Positions 1-9,848 of a stretch of DNA of 59,728 nt are shown here, piece after piece. The position numbers and the translations under genes are program-made. The notes beneath the pieces are model-generated. The model had not been told where the DNA came from. It did not search any database and saw only the letters and a list, made by a program, of their open reading frames with translations. This DNA comes from a virus (lineage: Duplodnaviria; Caudoviricetes): IMG/VR virus record IMGVR_UViG_3300009104_000024, positions 1 through 59,728 of that record; one strand, given 5' to 3'. Every line of letters starts with the position of its first letter. Within the stretch, counting starts at the first letter, position 1.

Positions 1-230
1 TATTAAGTAACCCCCCCTTTTATATATAAAGACCCAGGATTCCTAGACCCCCATATTATTTTTTTTAAAAAACTATTGCTTTTTTTGTGAAGGGGGTGCA
101 ATATGTTAAAATCTTGTAGTTCCTATACCTAGTAATTATTACTTAATAAGTAAATACCTAATATATTAGGTACTTATTAAAGATTTTATTTAAGAAGTAT
201 TTATTAAATAAGTATATACTATCTATATGT

Positions 231-1727
231 ATGAATAAAAAAGTTCTTAGTAAGGTAAAGAATTTATCTCCTGTTCAGAAACAAGAGTTATTGTCTTTAC
301 TTGAAGAATTAGAACAAGCCAAGAATAGAGAGAAATGCCACGATGATTTTATGACCTTTGTTGGGGAGATGTGGTCAGCTTTTATTCATGGTAAACACCA
401 CGAAATAATGGCTGATGCGTTTGAGAGGGTCGCTAAAGGCGATTTAAAGCGTTTAATCATCAATATGCCTCCTAGACACACTAAGAGTGAGTTTGCTTCT
501 TATTTGCTTCCTGCGTGGTTTCTAGGTAAATACCCAGATAAGAAGATAATTCAGACTGCTCACACGGCTGAATTAGCTGTAGGCTTTGGTAGGAAGGTTA
601 GAAACCTAGTAAATAGCAAAGATTATAAAGAAGTCTTTCCAGATGTTAGCTTACAATCTGATAGCAAAGCAGCAGGTAGGTGGAATACAAACAAAGGTGG
701 CGAATACTTTGCGATAGGTGTGGGTGGTGCAGTAACTGGTAAAGGTGCTGACCTCCTAATCATTGATGACCCACATTCAGAACAAGAAGGTGCAAGTGCC
801 GACATAAACGTATTCAATAGAACATACGAGTGGTACACATCAGGTCCAAGACAGCGTTTGCAACCAAATGGTTCTATCGTTGTGGTAATGACAAGGTGGC
901 ACAATAAAGATTTAACTGGTCAGGTAGTAGATGCCAGCATAAAACGTGGTGGTGCTGACCAATGGGAAGTAATAGAACTTCCTGCCATTATGCCTTCAGG
1001 TAATCCTTTGTGGGCAGAATTTTGGAAAATGGAAGAATTACAGGCTTTGAAAGCCGAGCTACCCAATAGTAAGTGGATGGCTCAATACCAGCAAGACCCT
1101 ACTTCAGAAGAAGGAGCGTTGGTTAAAAGAGAATGGTGGCAGGTTTGGCAAGGCAGAGAGCCACCTCAATGCGAGTTTGTTATCCAATCTTGGGATACGG
1201 CTTTTATGAAGAATCAAAGAGCTGACTATTCTGCTTGCACTACCTGGGGTGTCTTCTATAGAGAAGATGATGACGGAATGCTAGCACCTAACCTTATACT
1301 GTTAGATGCCTATAAAGAGCGTTTAGAGTTTCCAGATTTAAAGAAAATGGCTTTTGAGAAGTACAATGCTTATAAGCCTGATGCGTTCATTGTGGAAGCA
1401 AAAGCAGCAGGTATGCCTTTAATCTTTGAATTAAGGGCAATAGGAATACCAGTACAAGAATACACTCCTAGCAGAGGAAATGATAAGATATCAAGGGTAA
1501 ACGCTGTATCTGATTTATTTGCTTCAGGTGTAGTTTGGGCTCCAGAAACACGCTGGGCAGAAGAAACAATAGAAGAGTTTGCTGGATTTCCAAATATGGA
1601 ACATGACGATTTAGTTGATAGCACCACGCAAGCTCTGTTAAGATTCAGACAAGGTGGTTTTATTTCATTGCATTCTGACGAAGAAGATGAGCCTTTGGAA
1701 CATAACCGAATTGCAAATTATTATTAA
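231..1727 (+). CDS. terL: Terminase large subunit
   Basis: Walker A-like PPRHTKS, Walker B LLIIDD, coupling motif MTRW, C-terminal RNase H-like nuclease (SWDTA...HDDLVD). Confidence 0.95.
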   Translation: MNKKVLSKVKNLSPVQKQELLSLLEELEQAKNREKCHDDFMTFVGEMWSAFIHGKHHEIMADAFERVAKGDLKRLIINMPPRHTKSEFASYLLPAWFLGKYPDKKIIQTAHTAELAVGFGRKVRNLVNSKDYKEVFPDVSLQSDSKAAGRWNTNKGGEYFAIGVGGAVTGKGADLLIIDDPHSEQEGASADINVFNRTYEWYTSGPRQRLQPNGSIVVVMTRWHNKDLTGQVVDASIKRGGADQWEVIELPAIMPSGNPLWAEFWKMEELQALKAELPNSKWMAQYQQDPTSEEGALVKREWWQVWQGREPPQCEFVIQSWDTAFMKNQRADYSACTTWGVFYREDDDGMLAPNLILLDAYKERLEFPDLKKMAFEKYNAYKPDAFIVEAKAAGMPLIFELRAIGIPVQEYTPSRGNDKISRVNAVSDLFASGVVWAPETRWAEETIEEFAGFPNMEHDDLVDSTTQALLRFRQGGFISLHSDEEDEPLEHNRIANYY

Positions 1728-1743
1728 GGTATAAAATGAAAAC

Positions 1744-4224
1744 ATGGCGATAGAAAGAAAACCAGCTACACCTATAGATGGTACTATAGAACAAGAACCT
1801 GAAGAAGAACTTACGATTGCTATTGAAAACCCTGAATCAGTCTCTATAGATACTGACGATGGTGGCATGATAATCGACTTTGATCCTAACGCCAAAGAGG
1901 TTGGCGATGAGGATTTTGATTCTAATTTAGCTGAGTTCATGGAAGACCAGAAATTAAGTGAACTAGGTAACGAATTAATAAGTGCTTATAACGGAGATAA
2001 AGAATCACGTTCTGAATGGGAAGAGACTTATACTAAAGGACTAGATCAGCTAGGATTAAAAATAGAAGAAAGAACACAACCTTGGTCTGGTGCTTGTGGA
2101 GTATTTCACCCAATGCTTTCAGAGGCAGTAATACGTTTTCAGTCACAATCAATAACGGAAATGTTTCCAGCTCAAGGACCTGTAAGAACAAAAATAGTTG
2201 GCAAAATTACTGACGATAAAGAAAAACAGGCACAAAGAGTAGAAGATTACTTAAACTACTTACTGACGTATGAAATGTCAGAATATAGAACTGAAACAGA
2301 AAAGATGTTGTTTTCATTGCCTTTAGCTGGTTCAGCTTTCCGAAAAGTTTACTTTGACCCCAGTTTAGATAGACCTAGTTCTATATTCGTTCCAGCAGAA
2401 GATGTAGTAGTTAATTATGGTGCTAGCGATTTAGAAACTTGTGAACGTGCTACTCATGTAATGCGTAAATCTTCTAATACAATTAGAAAGATGCAAGTCA
2501 ATGGTTTCTATAGAGATGTGGAGTTACCTGAAGGTTCGCAGAATATCTCCGATATTACGAAGAAATACAATGATATAACAGGAGAACAAGACACTTATAA
2601 CTACGATCAAAGCCATACTATCCTAGAAATGCAGGTAGATTTGGACTTAGAAGGGTTTGAAGACACAGATGAACAAGGAGAACAAACAGGTATAGCTATA
2701 CCATACGTTGTCACTATTGATTGTCCTAGTGGAGTTATACTAAGTATTCGTAGAAATTATTACCAAGATGATGTCAAGAAGATTAGAAGAATGCACTTTG
2801 TTCATTATCAATATCTACCAGGATTAGGATTTTATGGGTTTGGTTTAATACATATGGTAGGTGGTTTAGCTAAATCAGCTACGTCTATACTAAGACAACT
2901 TGTAGATGCAGGAACATTATCTAATCTTCCTGGTGGTTTAAAAGCAAGAGGCTTGCGTATAAAAGGCGATGATACCCCAATAATGCCTGGAGAGTTTAGA
3001 GATGTTGATGTGCCAGGTGGTGCTATTCGAGATAATATAACTTTCTTACCATACAAAGAACCATCAGGAACTCTTTATCAGCTATTACAGAACATAGTAG
3101 AAGAAGGTAGGCGTTTTGCTAGCATATCTGACATGAAGATATCTGACATGAATAACCAAGCTCCTGTAGGAACAACACTTGCATTACTTGAACGAAATCA
3201 AAAGGTTATGAGTGCAGTACAAGCTAGACTCCATGCTTCTATGAGAAAAGAATTTGATATCTTAGTAGGTATAGTTAAAGACTTTACTGAGCCTGCATAT
3301 CCTTATGAAATGGATGAGGAAGAATATATTAAAGCTGAAGATTTTGATAATAGAGTTGATATATTGCCTGTATCAGACCCGAATGCAGCAACTATGGCTC
3401 AAAGGATAATGCAATATCAAGCTGCTATGCAATTAGCACAATCATCTCCTGAAATGTATAACTTACCAGAATTACATAGACAGATGTTAGAAGTATTGGG
3501 CATAGAAGATGTTGATGCAATTGTGCCTGACGGAAATGATATTAAACCTGTTGATCCTATTACAGCAGTACAAAATTTAATCAATGGGAAACCTGTTAAA
3601 GCATTTATAGAGCAAGACCATGAAGCACATATAGAGACCTTACTTTCAACTCAACAAAATCCTGAAATAATGCAGATTGTTGAACAGAGTCCTAAAGCAC
3701 CAATAATACTTGCAGCAGCATCCGACTATGTTAATCAACATCTAACAATGTTATTTAGAAAACAAGTTGAACAAGAAATGGGTATAGAGCTTCCACCTGA
3801 AGGTGAACCTTTACCAGCAGACGTTGAAAAACGTATTTCAACACTTGTAGCAGAAGCAGCACAAAGAGTTGCTGGTACATCGCAACAAAGAGCTGAACAA
3901 GAAAGGATAGAAGAACAACAGAAAGACCCACTTATTCAAATGAAAGAAAGAGAGGTTGCTGTTAAAGAGGCTGAAGTTCAGCGTAAGGCTGCTGAAGGTC
4001 AAGGCAGATTACAGCTTGATGCAGTAAAAGCAGCTAGTAGAGATGAACTGGAAAAAGAAAGATTGAAGTCTCAAAATGAATTAGCTGGTATAAAAGTTGG
4101 TCAACAAATTGCAAGCGATTTGCAAGAAAATGAACAAGAAAATAAGAAACAAAAAAGAGAAGATTACAAGTTAGGGCTTGACATTGGAATAGATTTAGCT
4201 AAAGATATCAATAAGAATGAGTAA
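1744..4224 (+). CDS. Portal protein
   Basis: 826 aa directly after terL; podovirus portal-like motifs (GSAFRKVYFD, GFYGFGLIH) and long helical C-terminus. Confidence 0.88.
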   Translation: MAIERKPATPIDGTIEQEPEEELTIAIENPESVSIDTDDGGMIIDFDPNAKEVGDEDFDSNLAEFMEDQKLSELGNELISAYNGDKESRSEWEETYTKGLDQLGLKIEERTQPWSGACGVFHPMLSEAVIRFQSQSITEMFPAQGPVRTKIVGKITDDKEKQAQRVEDYLNYLLTYEMSEYRTETEKMLFSLPLAGSAFRKVYFDPSLDRPSSIFVPAEDVVVNYGASDLETCERATHVMRKSSNTIRKMQVNGFYRDVELPEGSQNISDITKKYNDITGEQDTYNYDQSHTILEMQVDLDLEGFEDTDEQGEQTGIAIPYVVTIDCPSGVILSIRRNYYQDDVKKIRRMHFVHYQYLPGLGFYGFGLIHMVGGLAKSATSILRQLVDAGTLSNLPGGLKARGLRIKGDDTPIMPGEFRDVDVPGGAIRDNITFLPYKEPSGTLYQLLQNIVEEGRRFASISDMKISDMNNQAPVGTTLALLERNQKVMSAVQARLHASMRKEFDILVGIVKDFTEPAYPYEMDEEEYIKAEDFDNRVDILPVSDPNAATMAQRIMQYQAAMQLAQSSPEMYNLPELHRQMLEVLGIEDVDAIVPDGNDIKPVDPITAVQNLINGKPVKAFIEQDHEAHIETLLSTQQNPEIMQIVEQSPKAPIILAAASDYVNQHLTMLFRKQVEQEMGIELPPEGEPLPADVEKRISTLVAEAAQRVAGTSQQRAEQERIEEQQKDPLIQMKEREVAVKEAEVQRKAAEGQGRLQLDAVKAASRDELEKERLKSQNELAGIKVGQQIASDLQENEQENKKQKREDYKLGLDIGIDLAKDINKNE

Positions 4225-4420
4225 TGATATCACACAGCTATCACTTTCAGAACATATGAAATTGAAGTTGCGTGGTATGATGAATGAACACGCTGATCAT
4301 ATAGCTTCAGGTGCTTGCAAAGATTATAGTGAGTATCAGAAGATGACTGGCGTTATCGAGGGTTTAGCCCTCGCAGAGCGAGAACTTCTAGATTATGTCG
4401 AAAGAGTTCTCACAGAATAG
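4217..4420 (+). CDS. Small head-module hypothetical protein
   Basis: Overlaps portal stop; helical, YSEYQKMTGVIEGL. Confidence 0.7.
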   Translation: MSNDITQLSLSEHMKLKLRGMMNEHADHIASGACKDYSEYQKMTGVIEGLALAERELLDYVERVLTE

Positions 4421-4450
4421 GAACTCGACTCCTTAAAGTCGTGCAATAAT

Positions 4451-4852
4451 ATGAGTAAAGCTGAAGTAAAGATACCAGAGCCAGAAAGTGTTGAAACACC
4501 CAAGATTGATGTAGATGTTAAAAGTCAACTGCCTGAACCTAAAGGTTGGAAGATTTTAATTGCTATGCCAAAGGCGGATGAGAAAACTGATGGTGGTATT
4601 GTTAAAGCTTCCCAAACCATGAAAGACGAAGAAGTAAGTAATATTTGCGGATACGTTATAAAGTTAGGACCTGAGTGTTATAAAGATACCAATAGATTTC
4701 CGAGTGGACCTTGGTGTCAATCAGGTGATTGGGTTGTATTTCGTGCTTACTCTGGCACTCGCATGAAAATGTACGGACAAGAGTTTCGCTTAATTAATGA
4801 CGATACTGTAGAAGCAGTAGTAGATGACCCAACAGGAGTGGTTAGAGCATGA
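4451..4852 (+). CDS. groES: GroES-like co-chaperonin
   Basis: P-x-GWKILI, mobile loop EKTDGGIV, GDWVVF..YSGT, INDDTVEAVV follow the Cpn10 pattern. Confidence 0.9.
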   Translation: MSKAEVKIPEPESVETPKIDVDVKSQLPEPKGWKILIAMPKADEKTDGGIVKASQTMKDEEVSNICGYVIKLGPECYKDTNRFPSGPWCQSGDWVVFRAYSGTRMKMYGQEFRLINDDTVEAVVDDPTGVVRA

Positions 4853-5868
4853 GTGAAACAGAAATAATAAACGAAGAACCTAATATTCCAGAAAGAGTTC
4901 CTCAATCACAAGAGGATAAATTTTTTGGCAAACATACGGAAATTGACAACGAAATACCTGAAGGCTTAGAGGTTGAGGTAATTAATGATATTCCTATAGA
5001 AGATCGTAGACCAGAGAGAGAAGATGATTCTTCTCCTGATATTGACGAAGAAGCCTTAGATAAAGAAATAGCCGATTACAGCGATAGAGCTGGAAAAAGA
5101 ATAGCTAAAATTAAATACGAATATCACGAAGAGCGTAGAGCAAAAGAAGCTGCAACACGAGAATCTCAAGAAGCAGTACAACGCTTACAAACATTAATGT
5201 CTGAAAATCAGCGATTGCAGGCTATGGTTGCCCAAGGTGGAGAAGTCTTAAATAAACAAGCACATAACAATGCTTTGTGGGCAAAACAAAATGCACAAGA
5301 AGCATTTAAAAAAGCTTACGAAGAAGGCAATGCTGATGAAATGACTAAGGCTCAAGAGTTATTATCAAAAGCTACATTAGCTGAACAACAATCACCTAAT
5401 ATGGCTGCAAGCCTTCAACAACAAATTGCACAAAATTTACCTGAAGCACAAATACCAGCACGAGAACAACTCGATCCTGATATGCAAGAGTGGTCATCTA
5501 AAAATCCTTGGTTTATGAGCACAGTACCCGAACACAAAGAAATGACATCTTATGCTTTTACAATAGATACAAGATTACGCAATCAAAAAATACTGCCTGA
5601 AGAAAATCCAAAGGCATATTATGAAGAAGTAGATAAAGCTATGCGTAGAGAATACCCCAGTTTCTTTGGTGTATCTTCTGAAGAGGTAGGAATACCTGAA
5701 GAAGAAACATCAAAACGACAACCTTCAACAGTTGTTGCATCCGCAACGAGGGATAGCGGAAACAAAAAACCCACGCAAATCCGTCTTACTCAGACACAAG
5801 TTAAGCTAGCTCGCCAACTTGGAATTAGTCCTGAGCAATACGCAAATCAATTATTAAAGGAGACTTAA
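4849..5868 (+). CDS. Putative scaffolding protein
   Basis: Acidic coiled-coil protein between portal and capsid; short C-terminal helix ARQLGISPEQYA. Confidence 0.65.
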   Translation: MSETEIINEEPNIPERVPQSQEDKFFGKHTEIDNEIPEGLEVEVINDIPIEDRRPEREDDSSPDIDEEALDKEIADYSDRAGKRIAKIKYEYHEERRAKEAATRESQEAVQRLQTLMSENQRLQAMVAQGGEVLNKQAHNNALWAKQNAQEAFKKAYEEGNADEMTKAQELLSKATLAEQQSPNMAASLQQQIAQNLPEAQIPAREQLDPDMQEWSSKNPWFMSTVPEHKEMTSYAFTIDTRLRNQKILPEENPKAYYEEVDKAMRREYPSFFGVSSEEVGIPEEETSKRQPSTVVASATRDSGNKKPTQIRLTQTQVKLARQLGISPEQYANQLLKET

Positions 5869-5869
5869 T

Positions 5870-6391
5870 ATGTCAGAAGAAAATAATAACACTAATGAAG
5901 TGGAGGCAGTTTCTACTGATACTCCTGTAGACCAAGAGCGTACTCCTAGAGAGACAGAAAGCCGAGAGGCTACTCAGCACACAGAAAGCTGGGAAAATCC
6001 TACTAATTTACCTACCCCAACACCTCAAGAAGGCTGGGTTTTTAGGTACATCAGAACAGCCTTATTAGGTCAAGCTGATAATCCTAATGTATCCAGACGT
6101 TTTCGTGAAGGGTGGATTCCATGCGAACTTCAAGATCATCCTGAACTTCAAATTACCATGATGGACCACGGCTCTGAATGGGCAAAAAAGGGAAATATAG
6201 AAATTGGTGGGCAATTATTATGCAAAATGCCAGCAGAAAAGGCGAAAGCTAGAGATGAACATTTCGGAAGAATGGCACAATCTCAAATGGAATCTGTTGA
6301 TAATGTATATTTTAAAGATCAGGATAATAGAATGGCGACCAAACAAGTGTTTGAGCGTAATTCTAAAACAACTTTTGGCAAAGATTCTTAG
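5870..6391 (+). CDS. Head-module hypothetical protein
   Basis: AAGGAG RBS; 173-aa ORF in head operon. Confidence 0.7.
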   Translation: MSEENNNTNEVEAVSTDTPVDQERTPRETESREATQHTESWENPTNLPTPTPQEGWVFRYIRTALLGQADNPNVSRRFREGWIPCELQDHPELQITMMDHGSEWAKKGNIEIGGQLLCKMPAEKAKARDEHFGRMAQSQMESVDNVYFKDQDNRMATKQVFERNSKTTFGKDS

Positions 6392-6427
6392 AATCTTTAA
6401 TAATTAATTTAATTTAAGGAGACAATT

Positions 6428-7015
6428 ATGTCATCTAGTGCAACTCCTCACGGAGCTAGACCAGTTGGAACAGTTGTTGGAAGCCCTTATCAAGGAAAAG
6501 TTACTCACTACAAAATTAAAAATGCGTATGGAACTTCTATATTCTATGGCGATTTTGTAAAGTGGGGTGATGACAACCCTAATACCACTATTCAAAAAGA
6601 TACTGGTACTACGGCTTGTACCCCTATTGGCGTTTTTCTTGGCTGTGCTTACACTGACCCTACTACTGGTCAATTCACACCCAATCAATATTTCCCAGCT
6701 TCAACTGCTGCGGATGATATTGTTGCGTATGTTGCCACTGATCCTTACATTGTTATGCAAATGCAATGCGATGGTGCTGCTGACCAAGACGATCTTGGAA
6801 AGAATTGTGCTGTTGTTCAAACCGCAGGTAGCACAGCAATCGGAACAAGCAAAAATTCGGTTGATATATCTACTGTAGCAACCACTAACACATTACCTGT
6901 GAAAATCATCGATTTTGTTGATGGTCCAGATAGTGCAGTTGGTGATTCCTATACAGATGTATTGGTAATGTTTAACGTAGGGCATCAATTGCTCAACACA
7001 ACAGGTATTGGTTAA
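6428..7015 (+). CDS. Putative capsid decoration/minor capsid protein
   Basis: AAGGAG RBS; beta-rich, immediately before major capsid gene. Confidence 0.6.
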   Translation: MSSSATPHGARPVGTVVGSPYQGKVTHYKIKNAYGTSIFYGDFVKWGDDNPNTTIQKDTGTTACTPIGVFLGCAYTDPTTGQFTPNQYFPASTAADDIVAYVATDPYIVMQMQCDGAADQDDLGKNCAVVQTAGSTAIGTSKNSVDISTVATTNTLPVKIIDFVDGPDSAVGDSYTDVLVMFNVGHQLLNTTGIG

Positions 7016-7026
7016 GGAGTACAATT

Positions 7027-7941
7027 ATGGCAGCTATATCAAGAGCTAATGAGCTCAAGCAGCTTCTCCCAGGACTTAATGCCCTGTTTGGAGAGGAATA
7101 CAATAACTACGAGAATGAGCATGAAGAAATCTATGTAACTGAGAACTCTGAAAGAAGTTTTGAAGAGGAACTCAAGTTATCAGGTTTTGGAGCTGCTCCA
7201 GTAAAAGATGAAGGTTCGGCTATCAATTACGATACTGCACAAGAATCTTTTGTGGCTCGTTACACACACGAAACAATAGCTATGGGCTATTCAATCACAG
7301 AAGAAGCTATGGAGGATAACCTCTATGTTTCTCTCTCTGGTAGATATACTAAAGCTTTGGCTCGTGCAATGGCTTACACAAAACAAGTTAAAGGAGCGTA
7401 TCCATTAAACAATGGATTCTCAACTACTTTTTCTTCAGGTGATGGTGTTGCTTTATTTAGCACAGCTCACCCACTTGTAAGTGGTGGAACTAACAGCAAT
7501 AGACCTTCTTCAGGTGCTGACTTGAATGAAACATCTTTAGAAGATGCAATTATTCAAATCAGTAAATATACTGATGAAAGAGGTCTTAAAATTGCAGCTA
7601 GACCAAGAAAACTAATAGTACCAACTGATCTTCAGTTTGTTGCTACTAGACTATTGCAAAGTGACTACAGAGTCGGTACTGCTGACAATGATGTTAATGC
7701 AATCAAAACAAATGGCGTGATCCCAGAAGGCTACGCAGTTAATCATTATTTAACTGATACTAATGCTTTCTTCATCACAACAGATGTACCTGATGGCATG
7801 AAGCATTTCGTCAGAGCACCAATGACTACATCTATGGATGGTGACTTTGATACTGGTAATGTTAGATACAAAGCTAGAGAAAGATATTCCTTTGGAGTAT
7901 CTGATCCACTAGGTATCTTCGGATCACCAGGTAGTTCGTAA
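7027..7941 (+). CDS. Major capsid protein (Mu gpT-like)
   Basis: 304 aa, AAGGAG RBS, PRKLIVP and YKARERYSFG motifs, followed by strong terminator. Confidence 0.88.
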   Translation: MAAISRANELKQLLPGLNALFGEEYNNYENEHEEIYVTENSERSFEEELKLSGFGAAPVKDEGSAINYDTAQESFVARYTHETIAMGYSITEEAMEDNLYVSLSGRYTKALARAMAYTKQVKGAYPLNNGFSTTFSSGDGVALFSTAHPLVSGGTNSNRPSSGADLNETSLEDAIIQISKYTDERGLKIAARPRKLIVPTDLQFVATRLLQSDYRVGTADNDVNAIKTNGVIPEGYAVNHYLTDTNAFFITTDVPDGMKHFVRAPMTTSMDGDFDTGNVRYKARERYSFGVSDPLGIFGSPGSS

Positions 7942-7948
7942 GAACTTT

Positions 7949-7981
7949 AAGGGAGACTCTTTATGGGTCTCCCTTTTTTTT
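7949..7981 (+). terminator. Intrinsic terminator after capsid gene
   Basis: AAGGGAGACTC-TTTAT-GGGTCTCCCTT hairpin followed by T tract. Confidence 0.9.
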
Positions 7982-7983
7982 AT

Positions 7984-8043
7984 CTAGGGATTTTTTTTAA
8001 TTTGTCTATCAACTGCCCTAGCAGACTTGCCAAGATGATAGAC
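7984..8043 (+). ncRNA. Pseudoknotted RNA element downstream of capsid gene (candidate Mu-gpT-DE motif)
   Basis: Interleaved pairings CTAGGG 7984-89/CCCTAG 8016-21 and GTCTATCA 8004-11/TGATAGAC 8036-43; family name inferred from location only. Confidence 0.65.
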
Positions 8044-8063
8044 TTTTTCCTTTAGGAGGAAAT

Positions 8064-8621
8064 ATGGCTAACACAACTTTTAATGGTCCAGTTAGATCAG
8101 AAGGCGGATTTGAACAAATCAGCAAGAGCTCTAGCACAGGAGCAGTAACAACTAATTTAGATGTAGATACAAGTGGTAATTTAGTTACTACAGGTTATGT
8201 ATCTTCTTATGATAATGTTGTTTCAATTGAAGATGCTACTTATTCAGTAGAGTCAACTCAATCTGGAGCAGTATTTACTCTAAATAGAGCAGGAGGTATT
8301 GTAGTAACATTACCTACAGCAGCAGCAGGTTTACAATATACATTTATTGTAGGCACAACTTTCACAGGTGCAGGACAAATCAATACAGACAATTCCAGTG
8401 ACTTATTCTCTGGTTTTGCTACGATCTTTGATCCAGCAACTGCAACCGATAACAACACTTTCATTCCTGATGCCAGTGATGACGATACTATTGATTTAGG
8501 AACGGCAGCTCAGGGTTGGCTTGTAGGCGGAATTATCCGTTTAAAAGCAACCACAGCAGCAGTATGGCACTGTGAAGCCTTTCTTCATGGTGATGGTACA
8601 CTAGCTACTCCATTCGAGTAA
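8064..8621 (+). CDS. Virion structural protein (capsid fibre/decoration-like)
   Basis: AGGAGG RBS; Thr/Gly/Ser-rich beta protein. Confidence 0.65.
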   Translation: MANTTFNGPVRSEGGFEQISKSSSTGAVTTNLDVDTSGNLVTTGYVSSYDNVVSIEDATYSVESTQSGAVFTLNRAGGIVVTLPTAAAGLQYTFIVGTTFTGAGQINTDNSSDLFSGFATIFDPATATDNNTFIPDASDDDTIDLGTAAQGWLVGGIIRLKATTAAVWHCEAFLHGDGTLATPFE

Positions 8622-8632
8622 GGGGGTAACTA

Positions 8633-9040
8633 ATGGCTGATGCAGTAACTTCACAAACCATCATTGATGGTGAAAGAAACTGTATTATGAAGTTTACCAA
8701 TGTCAGCGATGGCACAGGCGAATCAGCAGTAGCTAAAGTAGATGTTTCTGCTTTAACTTCTAACTCTGAAGGAGTTTCTTGCTCTGAAGTAAGAGTAATG
8801 AGGGTTAGCCATGCCATTGTTGGTATGTCGGTTCAATTGTTTCTTAATGCAACAAGCAATGTTTTACTTATGGAACTAGCTGAAAGCAGTAATGGGCATA
8901 TGGACTTTAAGGATTTCGGTGGTATTCCTAATAATGCAGGGAGTGGTAAAAATGGAGACATCCTTTTTACTACTAAAGGTCACAGTTCAGGAGATACTTA
9001 TTCCATAGTTTTAGAAATGGTAAAAGTATATTCTGATTAA
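8633..9040 (+). CDS. Virion structural protein
   Basis: Position and composition. Confidence 0.6.
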   Translation: MADAVTSQTIIDGERNCIMKFTNVSDGTGESAVAKVDVSALTSNSEGVSCSEVRVMRVSHAIVGMSVQLFLNATSNVLLMELAESSNGHMDFKDFGGIPNNAGSGKNGDILFTTKGHSSGDTYSIVLEMVKVYSD

Positions 9041-9052
9041 TTTGGAGAAATT

Positions 9053-9370
9053 ATGGCTAAAAAACAATATGTAATTTCAGAAACTGGTGAATTCCCAGCA
9101 CAATATAAAGTTCTTAAATTGGATGATGACGGAATCTATAGACCTGTATTTGGTCCTGATCCTGACTTGGAAGATGCAGAACGTAAGTGCGATGAGATGA
9201 ATGGTGAAAGGGCTAAAAATGATAAAGGTCATTTTATAGCTGACGATCCATCTACGCCTGATGTTAATGAAGCTTATGTTGGTGGTAAAGCACCAAAGAA
9301 AAAAGCTGCTAAAAAAGCACCAGCTAAGAAGAAAGCACCAGCTAAGAAAAAATCTGTTAAAAAGAAATAA
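9053..9370 (+). CDS. Hypothetical protein with Lys/Ala-rich histone-like tail
   Basis: GGAG RBS; C-terminal KKAPAKKKAPAKKK repeats. Confidence 0.75.
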   Translation: MAKKQYVISETGEFPAQYKVLKLDDDGIYRPVFGPDPDLEDAERKCDEMNGERAKNDKGHFIADDPSTPDVNEAYVGGKAPKKKAAKKAPAKKKAPAKKKSVKKK

Positions 9371-9442
9371 TTTTAACCTAGTATGTTTATAATGCCTTGT
9401 TAGTTCAAGGTATTATAGATGTATGCAATTTAAGGAAAAACT

Positions 9443-9607
9443 ATGAGTAAAGGACTTGGTAGAAATACTAGATTTAAACAAAAAAATAAAAAAGTTGCCA
9501 GTAAAGGCAAAAAATCTTATATGGGCGGAGGAGCTACCGAAGTAGGTAAGCAAGCTCAATCTTATAAGGAATATGTCAAAAAAACATTTGGCGGTGGCAA
9601 AACTTAA
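9443..9607 (+). CDS. Small basic protein (54 aa, not in ORF track)
   Basis: AAGGA RBS; [17 protein letters not shown]...FGGGKT*. Confidence 0.7.
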   Translation: MSKGLGRNTRFKQKNKKVASKGKKSYMGGGATEVGKQAQSYKEYVKKTFGGGKT

Positions 9608-9609
9608 TC

Positions 9610-9738
9610 ATGCCTCTTTCAGTAGGTCGTTCTAGAAAAGTAATTAGTAAGAATATTTCTAAATTAATTAAAGAAGGAACACCAAAGAAACAAGCTGTTG
9701 CTATAGCTTTAGATAAAGCAGGGAAGAAAAAGAAATGA
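9610..9738 (+). CDS. Small basic protein (42 aa, not in ORF track)
   Basis: [42 protein letters not shown], tightly packed between neighbours. Confidence 0.75.
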   Translation: MPLSVGRSRKVISKNISKLIKEGTPKKQAVAIALDKAGKKKK

Positions 9739-9848
9739 CTACTAAAAAAAAGAACAGAGTTACAGTTGCACCTGCATCAAAAAGAAATAAAAAAATACAG
9801 ACTACTAAATCTGGTATAACAATAACTAGAGTTAAAAAGGATAAATAA
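9735..9848 (+). CDS. Small basic protein (37 aa, not in ORF track)
   Basis: ATGA overlap at start and TAATG overlap with next gene. Confidence 0.6.
   Translation: MTTKKKNRVTVAPASKRNKKIQTTKSGITITRVKKDK

Noticed and set aside
84-111. dif-like Xer site
   Set aside because: Only the XerD-like arm (ATATGTTAAAA) resembles consensus; XerC arm absent
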